Shown in pieces: positions 11,034-22,193 of a DNA stretch of 64,000 nucleotides (position 1 is its first letter; every line of letters begins with the position of its first letter). Under the pieces are notes generated by a model. It had not been told where the DNA came from, searched no databases, and saw only the letters and a program-made list of their open reading frames with translations. Position numbers and translations under genes: made by a program. The DNA is from Ascoidea asiatica JCM 7603 (taxonomy: Eukaryota; Fungi; Ascomycota), in contig BCKQ01000004.1 of NCBI GenBank assembly GCA_001600695.1, positions 783,931-847,930 on the forward strand. Direction: 5' to 3'.

Positions 11034-13925
11034 TTAGCTCAACCTACTTTGAATTTTTCTTAACTCATCATTAAGTACATCGATTCCCATCATGCTTGAA
11101 ATTTTCAAAGCTGCATTGAAACTTTCTTTCAACTTCAAATTGTTTGCCGAATCAATGGCCAAGCCCACTTTACCTTCTTTACAAAAATTCATGAAAATCC
11201 TAAGCAACTGTTTATCGTAGCTCAATTTAAGATTAATCAACTCATTTTTTTTCTCATCATGATCCTCATTATGTCCATTGTTATTCTGATTTTGTTCCTC
11301 TATTTCTTTAATCAATAATTTCTCGAAGAAATCACTGTTTATTGAAATTAAATGCTTATCGATAATTTCTTTGATATTTGAGTCTTTGTTTTTGATCATG
11401 TCAAAATATCCTTTTACGGAGTCGACCTTATTGTTGAATTTTTCTTGATTTTCAGTATCCTTACCTTCTTTTAATAGATTAGTAACAATATTTGAAGAGT
11501 TACTATTGATGTAGCCCGAATTGAAATATTTTCTTCTAATATATGAACTAAATTTCAAATTCTTAACAATCCCAAAGTTTTTAAAGGTCGTATTTTGCTT
11601 CAAAAATGGAGGTCCCATGTTCAGTATCTTTAAAATTCCTTCCTTTGGATGGCCACGTCCAGAGCCAATCATAGCTCTTCTTGCTTCAGCAAAAATTTTA
11701 TTTCTTTTTGAATTATAAGAATTTTCAGTTGTGTTTTCATCATTCAAAAATGTCTTAAATATCAAGCACTGCAAATTGTTTTCAATTATTCCAATAGGAA
11801 AAATTTTTAGATCATCATTAAATTCATTATATTTATTAAATAATTCAGCAATGTTTAATACAGGGATTAATTGATTCTCACTATGAGTATCAGAAAGAAT
11901 GTTAATAACATTGATCATGTATAAAAAATTATCATTCGCGATTATACATGGCACATTGTTTTCATCAAAAAAAATAGTTTTGAAATAATTCTCTTTGAGA
12001 TAATTTTTTTCTCTTAAAAATTCTTCTGTTTCTTCTTTGACTAAATCCTTTTTTCTTTTTTTTCCTCTTTTTGAAGTCTCGTGTTTTTTGCTCTGTTTTT
12101 CTTGTCTCTCATAATCTTTATAACTATAAGTATTTTCATAACCATCATTTTCATATTCAGCATCATTACTTAAAATGTTCAATATAGCTTCTTTCACTAA
12201 GACATACTCTTTATAATGATTTTTATCATCAACAAAAATATAATCATACGTGAGTTTGTATGAATTTCTATTTCTTACGTTAATTGTAAACAAAAAGTTT
12301 TCATTTCCAATTGCTGCCAAAACAATTGATTTCTTTTCTATTCCAATTGGTAAACCGGTTTTTAAATTATATTTTAATACTTTACCGTAAGACGTAAAAA
12401 TAAAAATCACACTACTAACCACTGTTAATGATGTTATAAATTCATTTTTTGCAACCTCTAGAGTCAATTGTAAATCTTCTTGATGATCCTCAATTTCATA
12501 TTTGATTGAATTATTATTATTATGGTATTTGAATAGAATTTTTAATTTTCTTTTCAATCGAACCAATTCATATACGTTTAAATCATTTTCTGCTAAATCA
12601 TAAAAACCTGAAGTAGCAAGTAAAATTCCCTTCTCATTCAAAAATCCAATATCATAAATATGCTCACTGTTAAAATGATAATTTCTGATTAAAGAACTAT
12701 TGAAACTTTCAAATGTTATAACTGGAGCTTGAGTATTTGTCTCAATCCAAACTTTTCCAAATTTATTGATGGTTAAATATTTTCTACCCTGGCTCCATAA
12801 CGTAGATGATTGAGAAAATGGTTTGATCTTGAGGCCTTTTAGTTTTTCTTTTAACAAATAGTACCTATCCCATTTTAATGATTTTTGTTTCAACCTATAC
12901 TGTTTATGGTACTTTTTATACTCTTGCTCAAAAATCTTGAAAGCAGGTTTTGAAAAAGAATTAAAGTAATTATTTAATATTTCATAGTTCTTTTGAAATT
13001 TGTTGGCATTCTCTTCATCAGGATTGCCAATTAAGTCTGGATCTATATGATATGAACCATACCTTTTTTGATATAACTGAAATTTTTGATAAAGTTTGAA
13101 GTTCTTAACATTTTGTTTTTCGTCATCAAGAAGTCTATCATATAATCCCTGATAGGAAGTTATAGGTTTTTGTGGGGACTTTCTGTTTTCAATTTGAAAG
13201 TCGAATCTTTTTTCTTTTTGTTTTATTTGACTTTCTCTAGGTTTTTCTGGTTCGTGAATGATTAGATTATCATCGAATAAGGTTGAAAGTGGTTGGCTTG
13301 GAGCTTCATCACCAGATGATTCTATATCAATAGGGCTTTCTTTTTTCTTGTGAATTGATTCTCTTTTAATTTTTTTCCTCTTGGATTTTTTTGATTTGTG
13401 TGAATGCAAAGATTTCTTCGAGTGTTTATCTTTATTTTTATTACTTTCCTTGTCTGATTCAATATCAATAGCATTAATACCATCTCTTTCGATATCTGTA
13501 TCTATATCTATGTCACTTCCTTCATCAAATTCAGTACTTCGAAGTTTTTCTACTATTCCATTTTCACTATCTGATTCTTCCTGTTCATCTTCATCAGCAT
13601 CCATGTCTATCAATTCATTTGGATCTTCTTCTTCACTATCTACCATTTCATCTAACTTATCAAAATCAACAATATCTTCCTCGTCAGCATCGAGATTATC
13701 GACGTCACTGTTATCATCATTATGTGAATCCTTCAATTCTTCTGGAGTGTCATCAATTGTATTGAGAATATCCTCACCGATTTCATTGTTAAATGTATCT
13801 TCTTTTTCTTCAATTGAGGATTTTTTTGAATCTTTTTCTATATTTTTCAAAATACTTGTTTCATTGATTTCAACTTCATTGCCCACTATACTTTTGTCTT
13901 TCAGATTTACAGAATGACCATCCAT
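11034..13925 (-). CDS. Ctf4/Mcl1/And-1-like protein (SepB propeller and helical domain only; acidic N-terminus)
   Basis: KPFSQSST..RKYLTINKFGKV..RNYHFNSEHIYDIGFLNEKGILL and YDKQLLRIF..C..LA..LK..AALKIS match the start and end of the Ctf4 C-terminal half as I recall it. Confidence 0.75.
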   Translation of the reverse strand: MDGHSVNLKDKSIVGNEVEINETSILKNIEKDSKKSSIEEKEDTFNNEIGEDILNTIDDTPEELKDSHNDDNSDVDNLDADEEDIVDFDKLDEMVDSEEEDPNELIDMDADEDEQEESDSENGIVEKLRSTEFDEGSDIDIDTDIERDGINAIDIESDKESNKNKDKHSKKSLHSHKSKKSKRKKIKRESIHKKKESPIDIESSGDEAPSQPLSTLFDDNLIIHEPEKPRESQIKQKEKRFDFQIENRKSPQKPITSYQGLYDRLLDDEKQNVKNFKLYQKFQLYQKRYGSYHIDPDLIGNPDEENANKFQKNYEILNNYFNSFSKPAFKIFEQEYKKYHKQYRLKQKSLKWDRYYLLKEKLKGLKIKPFSQSSTLWSQGRKYLTINKFGKVWIETNTQAPVITFESFNSSLIRNYHFNSEHIYDIGFLNEKGILLATSGFYDLAENDLNVYELVRLKRKLKILFKYHNNNNSIKYEIEDHQEDLQLTLEVAKNEFITSLTVVSSVIFIFTSYGKVLKYNLKTGLPIGIEKKSIVLAAIGNENFLFTINVRNRNSYKLTYDYIFVDDKNHYKEYVLVKEAILNILSNDAEYENDGYENTYSYKDYERQEKQSKKHETSKRGKKRKKDLVKEETEEFLREKNYLKENYFKTIFFDENNVPCIIANDNFLYMINVINILSDTHSENQLIPVLNIAELFNKYNEFNDDLKIFPIGIIENNLQCLIFKTFLNDENTTENSYNSKRNKIFAEARRAMIGSGRGHPKEGILKILNMGPPFLKQNTTFKNFGIVKNLKFSSYIRRKYFNSGYINSNSSNIVTNLLKEGKDTENQEKFNNKVDSVKGYFDMIKNKDSNIKEIIDKHLISINSDFFEKLLIKEIEEQNQNNNGHNEDHDEKKNELINLKLSYDKQLLRIFMNFCKEGKVGLAIDSANNLKLKESFNAALKISSMMGIDVLNDELRKIQSRLS

Positions 13926-14034
13926 GTTAAAACTACTTCTGAATAATATATTTTATTTGAAAGAAAAAAGTATTATTTAAAATTGATCAATAATTGGTTA
14001 AATAAACAAATTAAATCTGAATTATACTTATATT

Positions 14035-14075
14035 TTTCGTGTTTTGAAAATAATTTTAAGTTAAAAACTACGCGT
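14035..14075. promoter_or_regulatory. SCB and MCB G1/S elements in the Ctf4-like/DML1 divergent promoter
   Basis: TTTCGTG 14035-14041 and ACGCGT 14070-14075. Confidence 0.6.
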
Positions 14076-14283
14076 TGTATAGATGTAGGATGTAATGTAA
14101 AATCAAACTTTAAATTAAATTTCGATATCTGATAAATCTTTTTTTTTTTCAAATAAAATTAATTAAAGGAGTTTAAAATTCAAATAAAAATATTATGATT
14201 GAGTGAAAAAATTTTTGCAAAATAGTATTTCTTCGATTAAAGAGTTTGAATTGTATCTGGAATTTTATCAATATTGGATTGAA

Positions 14284-16065
14284 ATGAAAGAAATATTAAC
14301 TGTTTCATTGTCGCCAAGTGCAAATCATTTAACTACCCATTTCTTTAACGGTCAAGATAGTTATTTAGATTATGAAAAAGGATTATCCAAATCAGTAATA
14401 GAACCGGATATTTTTTTGAATTCGACAGTTTCTGGTAATTCTGTTAATTTGAATCCTAGAGTTTTATTATTTGATTTTAAGAAGAGTTATGGATCATTAA
14501 GCAAGTATCAATACTATTCTGATAATTTTAAAAATTATGATGATGATGATGATGATAATGATGAAAATGGAGTAAAGATTGAAAAAATTCAAACTGAAGA
14601 AAAAATTATAAGAAATAAATATCAAGAGGATATGGATTTGAATAATATTAAAAAAAATGCTGAATATTTGAACTATGATAATACATTATATTGGTCAGAT
14701 TATTCAAGAGTTATATATCATCCAAAATCATATAATTATTTAAATAAATCATGGAATTATGAGCCAATAAAATTTCCAAAAGGAAATAGAAATAATTATA
14801 AATTTGAAAATTTTAATCAAGGAGTTGAAGAATTTGAAGAAATGAATAAATTTAGTCAAATTAGTTTTGGAGATAAAAATGATTATGATATTGAAGATAA
14901 ATTAAGATTTTTTTTAGAAGAAAGTGATAATTTTCAAGGATTAAATTTTTTAAATTATATTGATAGTGGATTCAATGGAATTTCAAATGAAATTATTGAA
15001 AATTTCAAAGAAGATTATTTCAATAAAAAAGAAATTTTTATAATTGGATTATTTGATAATTATAGTAATTTTGAAATTTTGAAGAAATTTGGTAAAGAAA
15101 ATTTAATTAGTAGAATAAAATCAATTTTATCGAATTTAAGAAATTCCAATTTATTTTTTCCAATGAATTCAATACCAAAAATAATTAATAATGATAAGAA
15201 CAGCGATAAGCAGAAAGAAAATAAAGATGATAATTTTTTAAATGAGAAAAGTTTATGGGAATTAATGGGATTAGAATATTTAACTTTTGATACTTTAAAT
15301 TTAGCTTTATGTGATAAAGAGATAAATAAGAAAAAAAACATTGATATGAGGTTTATTGAAAATATGTTTAAAAGGGATGAAATGAATAGAAATTTAATTG
15401 GAGGAATTGAAAGTAATATAATTGAAGTAAACCAGATAGAAAATATGATTAAAAATATGAATCTGAATATGAATGGAAATAAGAAAGAAAATGAAAATGA
15501 ATATGGAAAAGAAGGTATAAAAATCAAGATAGATTATTCCAATAAGATTTTTGAAGTTAAAGATAAAAAAGGTAAGAAATTTGTTAATGAAGATTATCAT
15601 ATTTTTAGTAAATTACAAATTTCTAGACCTGTTTTTATAAATAATAATTTCATAAAATTTGAAGAAAAATATGATAACAAAATGATTGAAATAATTGAGA
15701 AATTTGAAAATGATGAAGAAAAATTAATTTCAAAAGGTGGTTCAAATTCTAAAAATTTTTTTAAAATTAATTCAAAGATTTCAATGGAAAAAGGTATAAA
15801 TAATGAAAGTTTTTCAAAAAATTTAAAAAATAAACTTTTTGATAATAGTAATGAAGAAATTTTTTATTCCACATATAGTACAAATGATAAAAAATCAAGA
15901 AATTGGTTAATTGCAATGAAGAATTTTATGGAAAAAACAAATGGAATATTTATTGATAAAGATGAACCAGACTTAAAAGAGGAATTGGTAGATGAATTAT
16001 CTACTCAAGCTTCTTATTATGAATGGGGATATATAGATTCAGATTCAGATTATTATGATGATTAA
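14284..16065 (+). CDS. DML1: Misato/Dml1 tubulin-like protein
   Basis: MKEILTV..NHLTTHFFN.Q, PRVLLFDFKKSYGSL, YWSDYSRVIYHPKS, LRFFLEESDNFQG. The ATG at 14284 is preferred over the track's GTG at 14203. Confidence 0.9.
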   Translation: MKEILTVSLSPSANHLTTHFFNGQDSYLDYEKGLSKSVIEPDIFLNSTVSGNSVNLNPRVLLFDFKKSYGSLSKYQYYSDNFKNYDDDDDDNDENGVKIEKIQTEEKIIRNKYQEDMDLNNIKKNAEYLNYDNTLYWSDYSRVIYHPKSYNYLNKSWNYEPIKFPKGNRNNYKFENFNQGVEEFEEMNKFSQISFGDKNDYDIEDKLRFFLEESDNFQGLNFLNYIDSGFNGISNEIIENFKEDYFNKKEIFIIGLFDNYSNFEILKKFGKENLISRIKSILSNLRNSNLFFPMNSIPKIINNDKNSDKQKENKDDNFLNEKSLWELMGLEYLTFDTLNLALCDKEINKKKNIDMRFIENMFKRDEMNRNLIGGIESNIIEVNQIENMIKNMNLNMNGNKKENENEYGKEGIKIKIDYSNKIFEVKDKKGKKFVNEDYHIFSKLQISRPVFINNNFIKFEEKYDNKMIEIIEKFENDEEKLISKGGSNSKNFFKINSKISMEKGINNESFSKNLKNKLFDNSNEEIFYSTYSTNDKKSRNWLIAMKNFMEKTNGIFIDKDEPDLKEELVDELSTQASYYEWGYIDSDSDYYDD

Positions 16066-16816
16066 TTGTGAAATGAATCAAACTGTTTCTTTTATTTTTT
16101 ATGAGAAACATTCTATTCAATGAATTGTTCAAACGGGCTTGAAAAGATTGGAATAGCATAATAACTAGTAATGTCTGTGATGATTTGATGGGAAGCTGTA
16201 TTTCTCATAATAAGGCATTTATTAAGCTATCAAATAGGCATTTGATATGCGAGTATCATTATGTACTCAATCTGTTTTTAATGAGTCTTATCAATCATCT
16301 TTTCTTTCAAAAAGTTAATTTAAACAATAAAAATGTAGTCATCATAACCAAAATTTTGATGTATTTTAAAGATATAAAATTATCCGAACTTGACTTATTC
16401 GGATTAACCTTGGTATGATTACGGAATAATCTTAGAGAAAATGGGGAAAGAAGCAATTACCCTGCATCACTGGTTGAAGAAATCTTGGTTCACCACAAAA
16501 CCAGAGATTATGACGAAGACCAAGAAAAAGAAGAAGGAAAAGAAGAAGAAGAAGAAGAAGAAGAAGCTAAAGAAGAGGAAGGGGCGATGAATGGCTACTC
16601 TCAGACATTATCCACGCCCGTCAAAGACAGCAGTGAGTAGGAGTGGAATATTCCCCTCTGCGGGACCAGAGTTAAAACACTCAGCTTCAATAAAAGTGCT
16701 TTCTTCTCATCTTCTCATTCTTCTTGTTTATCTTTTGTCTTGGTCTCAAGTGGTTTGGTTCCTTTCAAACAGCAACATTTCCAATCTCGATTCTCGGACA
16801 AAGACATGTGATCTCA

Positions 16817-17169
16817 ATCACGTGCTATTCCGTGTCCGTGCTTGCTCTCCCGCCTCTGTGCAGGATCTCTTGCTCAGTTAACGTTAACGTTACTACTGCA
16901 ACTTTCCAAATGTTGCCAGGATTGTGGTCAGGGCTGTTGCCATCCAACGTTGAATTTCTCTTTTGCTTTGTCTTAAGATCTATCGCATTGGAAATTCAAA
17001 TCGATAATTTCAAATTGCTCGTTTATTTCTTTCGCTCGTATCTAAGCGCAAAAAGCTAATGAGATCGATCGATTTTATCCAATTTTCAAATTTTATTCAC
17101 TTTCATCCAATTTTATCCATTTTCATTACTTTTTATATAAATATTCACTATTTACATCTATTTAAACGA
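16817..17169. promoter_or_regulatory. Sterol-response-like elements upstream of ERG13
   Basis: ATCACGTG 16817-16824; Upc2/Ecm22-type TCGTTTA 17019-17025, TCGTATC 17036-17042 and TAAACGA 17163-17169. Confidence 0.55.
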
Positions 17170-17402
17170 ATTATTGTAATCTAATACTATTATTCTTCTT
17201 CTTCAATTCATCTCTTGTTTCACATATATATATAAATCATCTTCATTCAAGTTCATCAATTATCGATTAATCAATTAATCAGTTATAATATATTTCAAAT
17301 TTCAAATAATTTCAAATTTAACTATATTCTTCACTTTATATTCATTTCTTTTATAAATCTTGCAATTAACCGCCCAATTACTTTAAATTAATCATATTAA
17401 AA

Positions 17403-18779
17403 ATGTCTACTCGTCCTCAAAATGTTGGTATTCTAGGTATGGAAGTTTATTTTCCTTCAACTTTTGTAAATCAAGTTGATTTAGAAAAAGCTGATGGTGT
17501 TTCAACTGGTAAATATACTATTGGTTTAGGTCAAACAAATATGTCTTATGTTAATGATCGTGAAGATATTTATTCTATGGCTTTAACTGTTTTAAGTAAT
17601 TTAACTAAAAATTATAATATTGATTTAAATTCAATTGGTAGATTAGAAGTTGGTACTGAGACTTTATTAGATAGATCAAAATCTGTTAAATCTGTACTTA
17701 TGCAACTTTTTAAAGAATCTGGTAATTCTGATGTTGAAGGTATAGATACTATTAATGCTTGTTATGGTGGTACTAATGCAATTTTTAATTCAATTAATTG
17801 GATTGAATCAAGTTCTTGGGATGGTAAAAATGCAATTGTTGTATGTGGTGATATTGCTGTATATTCAAAAGGTGCTGCAAGACCAACTGGTGGAGCTGGT
17901 ACTGTAGCTTTATTAATTGGTCCAAATGCTCCAATTGTTTTTGAACCTGTTCATGGTTCTTTTATGGAACATGTTTATGATTTTTATAAACCTGATTTTC
18001 TTTCTGAATATCCTTATGTTCAAGGTCATTATTCTCAAGCTTGTTATATTAAATCTTTTGATTATGCTTATAAACATTATTCTCAAAAAGCTTTCAAAAA
18101 ATTATCTCAAATTCAAGATTCAAATTCTGATTTTAAACCAATTTCAAAAGATATAATTGGTTCAAATTTTTTTGATTATAATGTATTTCATGTACCAACT
18201 TGTAAATTAGTTGCAAAAACTTATGCAAGAATGTTATATAATGATTTTAAAGAAAATCCAAATTTGTATCCTGAAATTGATTCAAATTTATTAAAAATTA
18301 ATTATCAAGCTTCTTTAACTGATAAAACAATTGAAAAAACTTTTATGAAATTAGCAAAATCAATTATAGCTAAAAAAGTTCAACCAAGTTTAACTTTACC
18401 AACAAATACTGGTAATATGTATTCAGGTTCTGTTTATGCTGCTTTATCTTCTGCTTTATATTTCATTGGTTCTGAAAATTTATTAAATAAAAGATTAAGT
18501 ATATTTTCTTATGGTTCTGGTTCTGCTGCTTCTTTTTATTCAATTAAAGTTATAAAAGATATTTCTCATATAAATAAAGTTTTAAATCTTAGAGAAAGAT
18601 TAGATAATAGAGTTAAACAATCACCAGAAGAGTTTGAATTTGCAATTAAATTAAGAGAAGATGCTCATTTGAAAAAAGATTTCAAACCAAAAGGTTCAAT
18701 TGATTTAATTATCCCAGGTACTTATTATCTTACTGAAATTAATGATATGTTTGAAAGATCTTATGCTATCAAAGAATAA
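17403..18779 (+). CDS. ERG13: HMG-CoA synthase
   Basis: [23 protein letters not shown] (catalytic Cys), [20 protein letters not shown]. Confidence 0.98.
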   Translation: MSTRPQNVGILGMEVYFPSTFVNQVDLEKADGVSTGKYTIGLGQTNMSYVNDREDIYSMALTVLSNLTKNYNIDLNSIGRLEVGTETLLDRSKSVKSVLMQLFKESGNSDVEGIDTINACYGGTNAIFNSINWIESSSWDGKNAIVVCGDIAVYSKGAARPTGGAGTVALLIGPNAPIVFEPVHGSFMEHVYDFYKPDFLSEYPYVQGHYSQACYIKSFDYAYKHYSQKAFKKLSQIQDSNSDFKPISKDIIGSNFFDYNVFHVPTCKLVAKTYARMLYNDFKENPNLYPEIDSNLLKINYQASLTDKTIEKTFMKLAKSIIAKKVQPSLTLPTNTGNMYSGSVYAALSSALYFIGSENLLNKRLSIFSYGSGSAASFYSIKVIKDISHINKVLNLRERLDNRVKQSPEEFEFAIKLREDAHLKKDFKPKGSIDLIIPGTYYLTEINDMFERSYAIKE

Positions 18780-19357
18780 ACTATAAATTATAAATTCAAA
18801 CTGACTAAATAATTGTTAATTATTCTATAAATTAAACCCTCCTTCCCTCTATCTCCCTTTCTTTCTTTCTTTCTTTCTTTCTTTTTCTCTCTCCCTCTTT
18901 CTCTGTCAATTCATTTAATTAAATATTCTTTTTCATAACAAAATTAAAAAAAAAAATTATTTCATTTGCTAATTTAATTTCTATAGAATACCATAACTTA
19001 ATCAAATTTTTCATTGTATAAATTTGACTATTCAATTTATATCTCATATTCTTATCTATTTTTCTCGTATAACTCTAAATATCAAATATTCATATACGAT
19101 CCATGTTTTTGAATTTCATTACGTAACCGATATTTAGGATTAACTTTTTCGACTACCGACCCATAGAACTGGATTTTATTAAATTTAATTTCATATTCAA
19201 TAATACCGGTATTTACCGAGTTTTTTTTTAATCTAATGATCGTTAAAATGCAGAAGTATTAATTTTTTTAAATGTCTAAGATTATAAATGAATATTAAAT
19301 ATTAAAAGAAAGTGAGGATGAGCTTGAAAAAAAGAAAAAAGAATATAAATGTTTTTT

Positions 19358-20857
19358 TCATATTATTGAAGTAGTTTTTAGTATAAACAAAGATTTGAAA
19401 ATAGATATCCATGAAACTCTTAAAGTTAATTCCCTACCATAATCTGAATCTGCAGTTTCTTCAGACATTGATTCTCTTGCAATCAAATAAGCTCTTAAAA
19501 GGAAAAGAAAAAATGCAGTACCAAAAAACATACTACCCGCAAAAATTGCTGGATGAACATAAGCATCCGGATTATAATGAGTCGCTGAATGATCAGTTAT
19601 TTTTCCTCTTAGTAAAACACCAATTATGGGTGAAACAAATCCAATTGCTCCAATGAATATCCATGCCATACCAAATGCAACTCCAGATTTTTTTAATCCC
19701 ACAACTTTTGGTAAAATTGAACCTAATGCAGGCCATATAAATCCCATAAATCCACCAACAAAGAGTCCTAACATTAAAGATGATTGAAAATTTCTACCTA
19801 AAAGCCAAAGTGTAAAACATAAAAATCCACATATAGTATAAACAATACCTGAAACAGTAACTGCACCAAATTTATCTGCAATAAAACCTAAAAGTGGTCT
19901 AAAAATTAAAGCTCCAATACCAATCATCATTGATGATAATGATCCTTGACTTAAAGAATATCCTAAATTTTGAGTAAAATCACTTATATCATATTGTACA
20001 ATAACAAAGGCAAATAAACAACAAACTATCCAACAAACACAAATCAAAAACCCTTTAGATTTTAAAATTATTTTATCAAATGGATGAAATTCAGGATGAA
20101 TTTTTTGAGATCTATCTTTTAGCAAAATTATTGCAACTATAGTTAATGCTAAACAAACTATTGCTTGTATTCTTTGGGCCCATCTAACTCCTAAAGAATC
20201 AATAATTTTTCCTCCTGTTAAAGCAAAATAAATACCTCCAGTTCCAGCACCACACGAAGATAATCCATTAGCTAAAGCTCTTTTTCTCTTAAACCATTGA
20301 GGTACAAGTGAAATCATAGGGCAATATGTGAAACCTAATCCCAAGCCTTGTAGTAATCCTTGTGTTAAATAAAGTTGCCAAATCTTTTGATGACTTACAA
20401 AACTTGCTAAAATCATTGCTGCAAATTCAAAAATACAACCAACTATCATAACTTTTTTAAACCCAAAAATCCCAGAAAAATATGATAAAAAAGGTGCACA
20501 TATTAATCCAGTTCCAAATGCTAATCCTCCTATGGCTGCAAAATCAATTTTTGAAGCATCTTTGAAAATATCATTATTTAGAAAATGTGATAAAAATACA
20601 GCAAATCCTGAATTAGCTCCAAATGTGACGATATAAATTAAATGACATGCAAACACAATGAACCACCCATAACCTCCATCTGGCACCTCAAAATCTTCTA
20701 TTTGAGGAGGCTCACCGTTATCTGAGTTATCTGGATTATCATAAAGACTATTTTCTAAATCTTTACTATTTTCTAGATCGTGACTTTTTTTCAAATCTTT
20801 ACTTTTTTGAGAATTTGTTAATTCATCCTCAATTATATTTGAACTTGCCTCTTTCAT
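19358..20857 (-). CDS. MFS monocarboxylate-porter (MCT/Mch-like) transporter
   Basis: VPDGGYGW, LYLTQG, PQWFKRKRALANG, ADKFG; about 12 TM segments. Confidence 0.92.
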   Translation of the reverse strand: MKEASSNIIEDELTNSQKSKDLKKSHDLENSKDLENSLYDNPDNSDNGEPPQIEDFEVPDGGYGWFIVFACHLIYIVTFGANSGFAVFLSHFLNNDIFKDASKIDFAAIGGLAFGTGLICAPFLSYFSGIFGFKKVMIVGCIFEFAAMILASFVSHQKIWQLYLTQGLLQGLGLGFTYCPMISLVPQWFKRKRALANGLSSCGAGTGGIYFALTGGKIIDSLGVRWAQRIQAIVCLALTIVAIILLKDRSQKIHPEFHPFDKIILKSKGFLICVCWIVCCLFAFVIVQYDISDFTQNLGYSLSQGSLSSMMIGIGALIFRPLLGFIADKFGAVTVSGIVYTICGFLCFTLWLLGRNFQSSLMLGLFVGGFMGFIWPALGSILPKVVGLKKSGVAFGMAWIFIGAIGFVSPIIGVLLRGKITDHSATHYNPDAYVHPAIFAGSMFFGTAFFLFLLRAYLIARESMSEETADSDYGRELTLRVSWISIFKSLFILKTTSII

Positions 20858-21261
20858 ATTTTTTTTTTCTTGGAATTGATGGAATTCTTATATAAATTAT
20901 TCACTTATCGACTTCAAATATTTTGTTTATGTACTCAAAAAACATTTATTATTTTCTATTGAGAGATTTAGTCTTTCTTATATGCTCTTGAAGAACATGT
21001 TGGTATTTCACTCCTAAAAATTAGTCATTCCAGATCAGTTCCAGAAAGAATTCAAAATAGTACTAAATTTATAAGTCGAAATATATTATCTGGGTACAGA
21101 AGGGATCTCTCGAGAACAATAAAGCCGCGCATGATTGAAACCACTGCCTAAATCAATAAGTCGACTAACAAGAATCTCCACACTGACAAAGCATGAAACA
21201 ATTCAAGACTGAAAATTCTAATAAATTACTGACTATTTTCTTTTATATTTTTATCAATTAT

Positions 21262-22193
21262 TGATAAAATTGTTTTCATTTATTTTACTTTTTCTTTTTA
21301 TGCTTTTACAGGCAATTATTATTTCTTTATTTTTGTTTCTTTTAAGTTTAATTCAAATATGTTTCAACTATGACACGTGACTTATTTTTTTATATTGAAT
21401 GTTGGATGTTGAATATATGTGTTGTCAGTTGTTGTCAGTTCTTGTTGCTCGTTGTCACTCGTTGTCAAAAATATTTGAGTTAACCTTTTTCTTATTTTAT
21501 TTTTTTTTCCTTCAATCACAAATATTACTAAAATTACTTCAACTAAAAATGGATCATCCACCTTCTTATTTTCAAGCAACAAATGTTGAATTTACCTTTA
21601 ATCCCTCACTGCTTGGTAGACAATTGAAAGAATCAATTAAAAAAAAAGCATGAATTCCAAAACGTAGAATAAAAAGTAACAATAATTTACCAGTTCAAAT
21701 GAAAAAAAAATTAAACAATTTCTTTTTACAAGGTTGTGAAGAACTAGAGTCCTATCAAAAATATGACTCAACAAACGTGAAATTGATTAACAGCTATTAA
21801 GGAAAGATCCGATTGGTTTATTCTTTAAAAACTGGGCTTGGCTGTTAGAAAGTTATAATGTTAATTTTAGTTCTGAATATTTACCCCGTTGCTTCAGAGG
21901 TACTAAAAATAAAAAGAGAAAATTAAGACTAATTGACATTTCAAGGGATGCAGAAGATTAATTGTCCAATGTACACGAAACTATATAAATATGTCTGTTT
22001 TTATCTACAATTTGTTTTAATTTTATATAGCTTTTAAAAGTATTAAGTTTTATATTTACTATTTTACATATAGTAATACATAATATTTCTTATTAATCTA
22101 TTTATAATATTAACTTCATTTTTTGGATTATCTTTGATAATTTTTAAACTAAAACAACTTAATTTATTCCATGATGTCTCAAGAATCCCAAAA
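21262..22193 (+). repeat. 5' LTR (~932 bp)
   Basis: Aligns with 26505-27433 at roughly 95% identity (about 40 differences by hand count). Followed directly by the PBS. Confidence 0.92.

Noticed and set aside
13381-13917. 178-aa Ser-rich + strand ORF and similar antisense ORFs (15060-15527, 42092-42487, 59517-59762 and others)
   Set aside because: These are shadows of acidic or Asn/Lys-rich coding sequence on the opposite strand, with no independent motifs.
14203-14283. GTG start for DML1 (also TTG starts at 43618 and 27954)
   Set aside because: Bacterial-style start calls. Eukaryotic ATGs or an upstream exon give the expected N-termini.
16500-17059. ORFs or ncRNAs in GC-richer intergenic islands (also 36944-37153, 42946-43586, 47534-47866, 53956-54153)
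   Set aside because: No recognisable protein motifs, tRNA boxes or snoRNA structure. Better explained as promoter DNA, though an Rfam/Infernal scan was not possible.
21421-21467. CRISPR-like reading of short repeats
   Set aside because: Eukaryotic DNA, no unique spacers, no cas genes.
21399-21653. 84-aa TTG-started ORF present in both LTRs, as given in the track
   Set aside because: The first 50 codons are T-rich non-coding sequence, and duplication reflects only LTR identity. Only the part from ATG 21549 is considered further.
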